From: Carcharhinus longimanus
Taxonomy: Eukaryota
Reading direction: 5' to 3'
DNA: 64,000 bases
Assembly (NCBI GenBank): GCA_030264375.1
Contig: JASCQW010000032.1
Coordinates: 9,709,632 to 9,773,631, forward strand
Of the stretch, positions 61,246-64,000 are shown in pieces. The notes beneath the pieces were generated by a model. It saw nothing but the letters and a program-made list of their open reading frames with translations, had not been told where the DNA came from and made no database searches. Made by a program: the position numbers and the translations under genes. Numbering within the stretch: the first letter of the stretch is position 1; the number at the start of each line of letters is the position of its first letter.

Positions 61246-62109
61246 TCNNNNNNNNNNNNNNNNNNNNNNNNNNNNNNNNNNNNNNNNNNNNNNNNNNNNN
61301 NNNNNNNNNNNNNNNNNNNNNNNNNNNNNNNNNNNNNNNNNNNNNNNNNNNNNNNNNNNNNNNNNNNNNNNNNNNNNNNNNNNNNNNNNNNNNNNNNNNN
61401 NNNNNNNNNNNNNNNNNNNNNNNNNNNNNNNNNNNNNNNNNNNNNNNNNNNNNNNNNNNNNNNNNNNNNNNNNNNNNNNNNNNNNNNNNNNNNNNNNNNN
61501 NNNNNNNNNNNNNNNNNNNNNNNNNNNNNNNNNNNNNNNNNNNNNNNNNNNNNNNNNNNNNNNNNNNNNNNNNNNNNNNNNNNNNNNNNNNNNNNNNNNN
61601 NNNNNNNNNNNNNNNNNNNNNNNNNNNNNNNNNNNNNNNNNNNNNNNNNNNNNNNNNNNNNNNNNNNNNNNNNNNNNNNNNNNNNNNNNNNNNNNNNNNN
61701 NNNNNNNNNNNNNNNNNAACTCAGCCCTCCCCTGCTTCAGATTCCCCATTCAGGACCCCTCCCCTCTCAGACCCCCACTCAACCTCCCTTCAGGCCAAGC
61801 ACTTTGGCAGTTCAAACCACCTGAAAGAGGAAGTGAAACTACTGGCTGTCCATCAGGATTAGACTCTTTTACATTGCAGTCAGGTTCAACGGGGTACTTG
61901 AGGTGCAGTCAACCATAGGCAAATCAAAATAAAAACAGGTGGCTGGAGGGTGATGGAAATCCCTTGATCTGATAGCTGAATTTTTACAAGGCACTAAGTT
62001 GTTAGTCTAGATTATAAATAGCTGAGACCCAAGTACTGATTCTTGTCCTGCTAATTACTGCTTGCCAACCATAAAACAACTTGTCTATTTATATTCTCAT
62101 TTTTTAAAC

Positions 62110-62760
62110 TTTAACCAATCTAATCCTCAATCCTTGCTAATATATTCCTTAATTCCTCAGGTCCTAATTTTGTGTAATAACCTCTTTTGTGGCACCTTAT
62201 TGAATGCTTTATAAACATCCAAATGCACTCCACCTGATGGTTCCCCTTATCAATACCACAAATTCTATCATTACAAAGTTGTAACAGATTTGTAAAACAT
62301 GATTTCCTTTACATAAATCCATGTTGAATCTGCTCAGTAATACTACAATTTTCTAAGTGCCTTGTTGCCAGATTCTAGTATTTATTAATTCTTTCATGGG
62401 ATGTGGGCATCATTGACAAGGTCAGCATTTGTGCCCATGCACAATTTGTCTTGAATCAAATGGTTTGCTGTGCCATTTTGGATGGTATATAAGAGTCAAC
62501 CACATGGTTGTGGGTTTGGAGTGACATGTAGGCCAGCCCAGGAAAGGATGGCAGATTTCCTTCCCTCATTAGAGTACCTGATAAATTTTATGACAATTAT
62601 CCCATGGTTACCAGTACTGAAGCAATTTTAGTTCTTTGGTATTAATTTTATTTCAATTCCATCAACTGTCATGGTGAGATTTTAACCTACGCCACCAGAC
62701 CATTAGCCTGGTCTTCTGGATTACTAGTCCAGTGACATTACCACACCACCATCATTCCTT
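62110..62760 (-). mobile_element. CR1 RT fragment (62110-62370) followed by a LINE-3'-derived/SINE fragment (62385-62760)
   Basis: aacctcttttgtggcaccttattgaatgcttt (reverse of KAFNKVPQKRL); ttgtaaaacatgatttccttt..aaatccatg (HGF..GKSC). 62385 onward resembles 60290. Confidence 0.7.
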
Positions 62761-63439
62761 AACTGGGCTAAACTTTATTTTTTCTATCATCCTTCCTCTT
62801 AATACCATGACTTTGCTTGCTGTCTTCTAACCCTTGGAAGTTGTTACAAAACCAAAGGAATTTAGGAAGGTGAAAGCAAATGCATCCAATTTCTGTGCAC
62901 CTCCCTCTTTTAATATGTGACCAGGTCCACAGTGTGTGCTGCCACTGAATCTAATTTTGTTTCTCTACTTATTTACTGATTTATTTAAGTTCTTCATTCT
63001 CATTGAGTCTTGATTCCTCCCCCCCCCCCCCCCCCCACCCCCNNNNNNNNNNNNNNNNNNNNNNTTTCTCCAGTTTAAACAGATACAAAGGCCCTGATTT
63101 GTGTGGATTCATGAAAAATCTGCACCTTATCGAAAGTGGCCTGGGACACTGGATCTGAAGGTTTGATCCCCATTGTTGACAGATCCTAGGAGTCTCAGGG
63201 CAGCATGGGTGAAAGGAGGCAAGATGCAAAGTACACTAAGGGGAAACTGGAACACAGCAGAGCCATTTGAACTCAGTACTTAGATCAAACAGACCCCATT
63301 TTTGCTGGAGAAATGTTTGCAGTGTGTGACTTACAATTTTTAAAAGTAGAAGTGAACACTCAAAAAAGATGGGTAAGGTTTGTGGAACTGTCAATCTGGC
63401 AAGTTCTTTAAATCCCCTGTCCTTTAAATTTGGGAAAAA

Positions 63440-64000
63440 GGCTAGTCAAAGCAAAAAATAACCTCCCTAACGGCCCACCATGGAGGTCTCAGGGGCTCCC
63501 TCCCTTCCACAATCAGAGCCAGCAGCCCTCCTCCCTGCACTCAGAACAGCATCCCCTTCCCCTTGATCAGAGTTGACATCTCTGCCCCACCCCCCAAACT
63601 GTCAATGCCAGCACTTCCCCTTCCCCCGAACATCGCTAACATTGGATTCCTTCCCTGGCCACCCCCCCAAAACAGACATCACTAGCACCCCCAACTTTCA
63701 CATCAGCTCCCCCATGAGGCTTCCGTTGGGGTCCACCCCGTCCCCGGCAATAGGTTGGGTGAACATGTTAAACCTTACCAACTATGAAAATACACCTGGG
63801 GGGAATGCATGTCAGGGGTGGGAGGGAGGTGGATATTTAATTATATGCAAATGTATTCAATTCATGAATAATAGCACCAGGGACTTGGTGGCGAAAATCA
63901 GAGATCACGATTTTGCCAGCGCGATTCACGATTTTTAGCTTTCGCTGGATCTTGAGCCCTTGTCGCCATTCCCGCAGAAGGAGAGAGTGGGCTCAAGATC
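63440..64000. mobile_element. Harbinger-type MITE running off the window end
   Basis: C-rich interior; ends ...CTCAAGATC, matching the TAAGATCGCCCC terminus of the 17030 element. Confidence 0.6.

Noticed and set aside
1-64000. Short ORFs in the supplied track as host genes
   Set aside because: They are either frameshifted TE fragments, read through N gaps, or low-complexity MITE translations. No coherent exon chain or known host domain was recognised.
1-64000. CRISPR array, prokaryotic operon, or RNA-guided nuclease (Fanzor/TnpB-like) system
   Set aside because: No regularly spaced repeats, no long intact ORFs and no RuvC-like motifs were seen; the repeat content is entirely vertebrate-like.

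Overview
Eukaryotic, vertebrate, repeat-dense DNA, most likely from a shark or other cartilaginous fish. This is inferred from HE1-like tRNA-derived SINEs, CR1/HER1-like LINEs, DeuSINE-like remnants and many PIF/Harbinger elements. It comes from a gappy draft assembly with many ~100-N placeholder gaps. I found no recognisable host protein-coding exon, RNA gene or CRISPR array, so the window looks intergenic or intronic. Almost every ORF in the supplied track is either a decayed transposon fragment or noise. Main content: (i) CR1-type LINE fragments, some nested in each other; (ii) several decayed Harbinger transposons, including a near-complete two-gene copy (DDE transposase plus intron-containing Myb/SANT partner) at ~22.1-25.4 kb, and many Harbinger-type MITEs; (iii) two Gypsy (Mag-like) LTR retrotransposon relics and a solo LTR with a 4-bp TSD; (iv) Penelope-type fragments carrying hammerhead-ribozyme core motifs; (v) Rex/Babar and L1/Tx1-like fragments. 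The most striking structure is at 54.3-59.3 kb. There, a Gypsy element invaded by a Harbinger appears to have undergone a ~2.8-kb internal inversion with a 23-bp inverted repeat at both breakpoints. I do not see evidence for an intact, new biological system; the findings concern transposon architecture and history. Family names rest on motif recognition by eye, not database searches, and boundaries are approximate unless stated.
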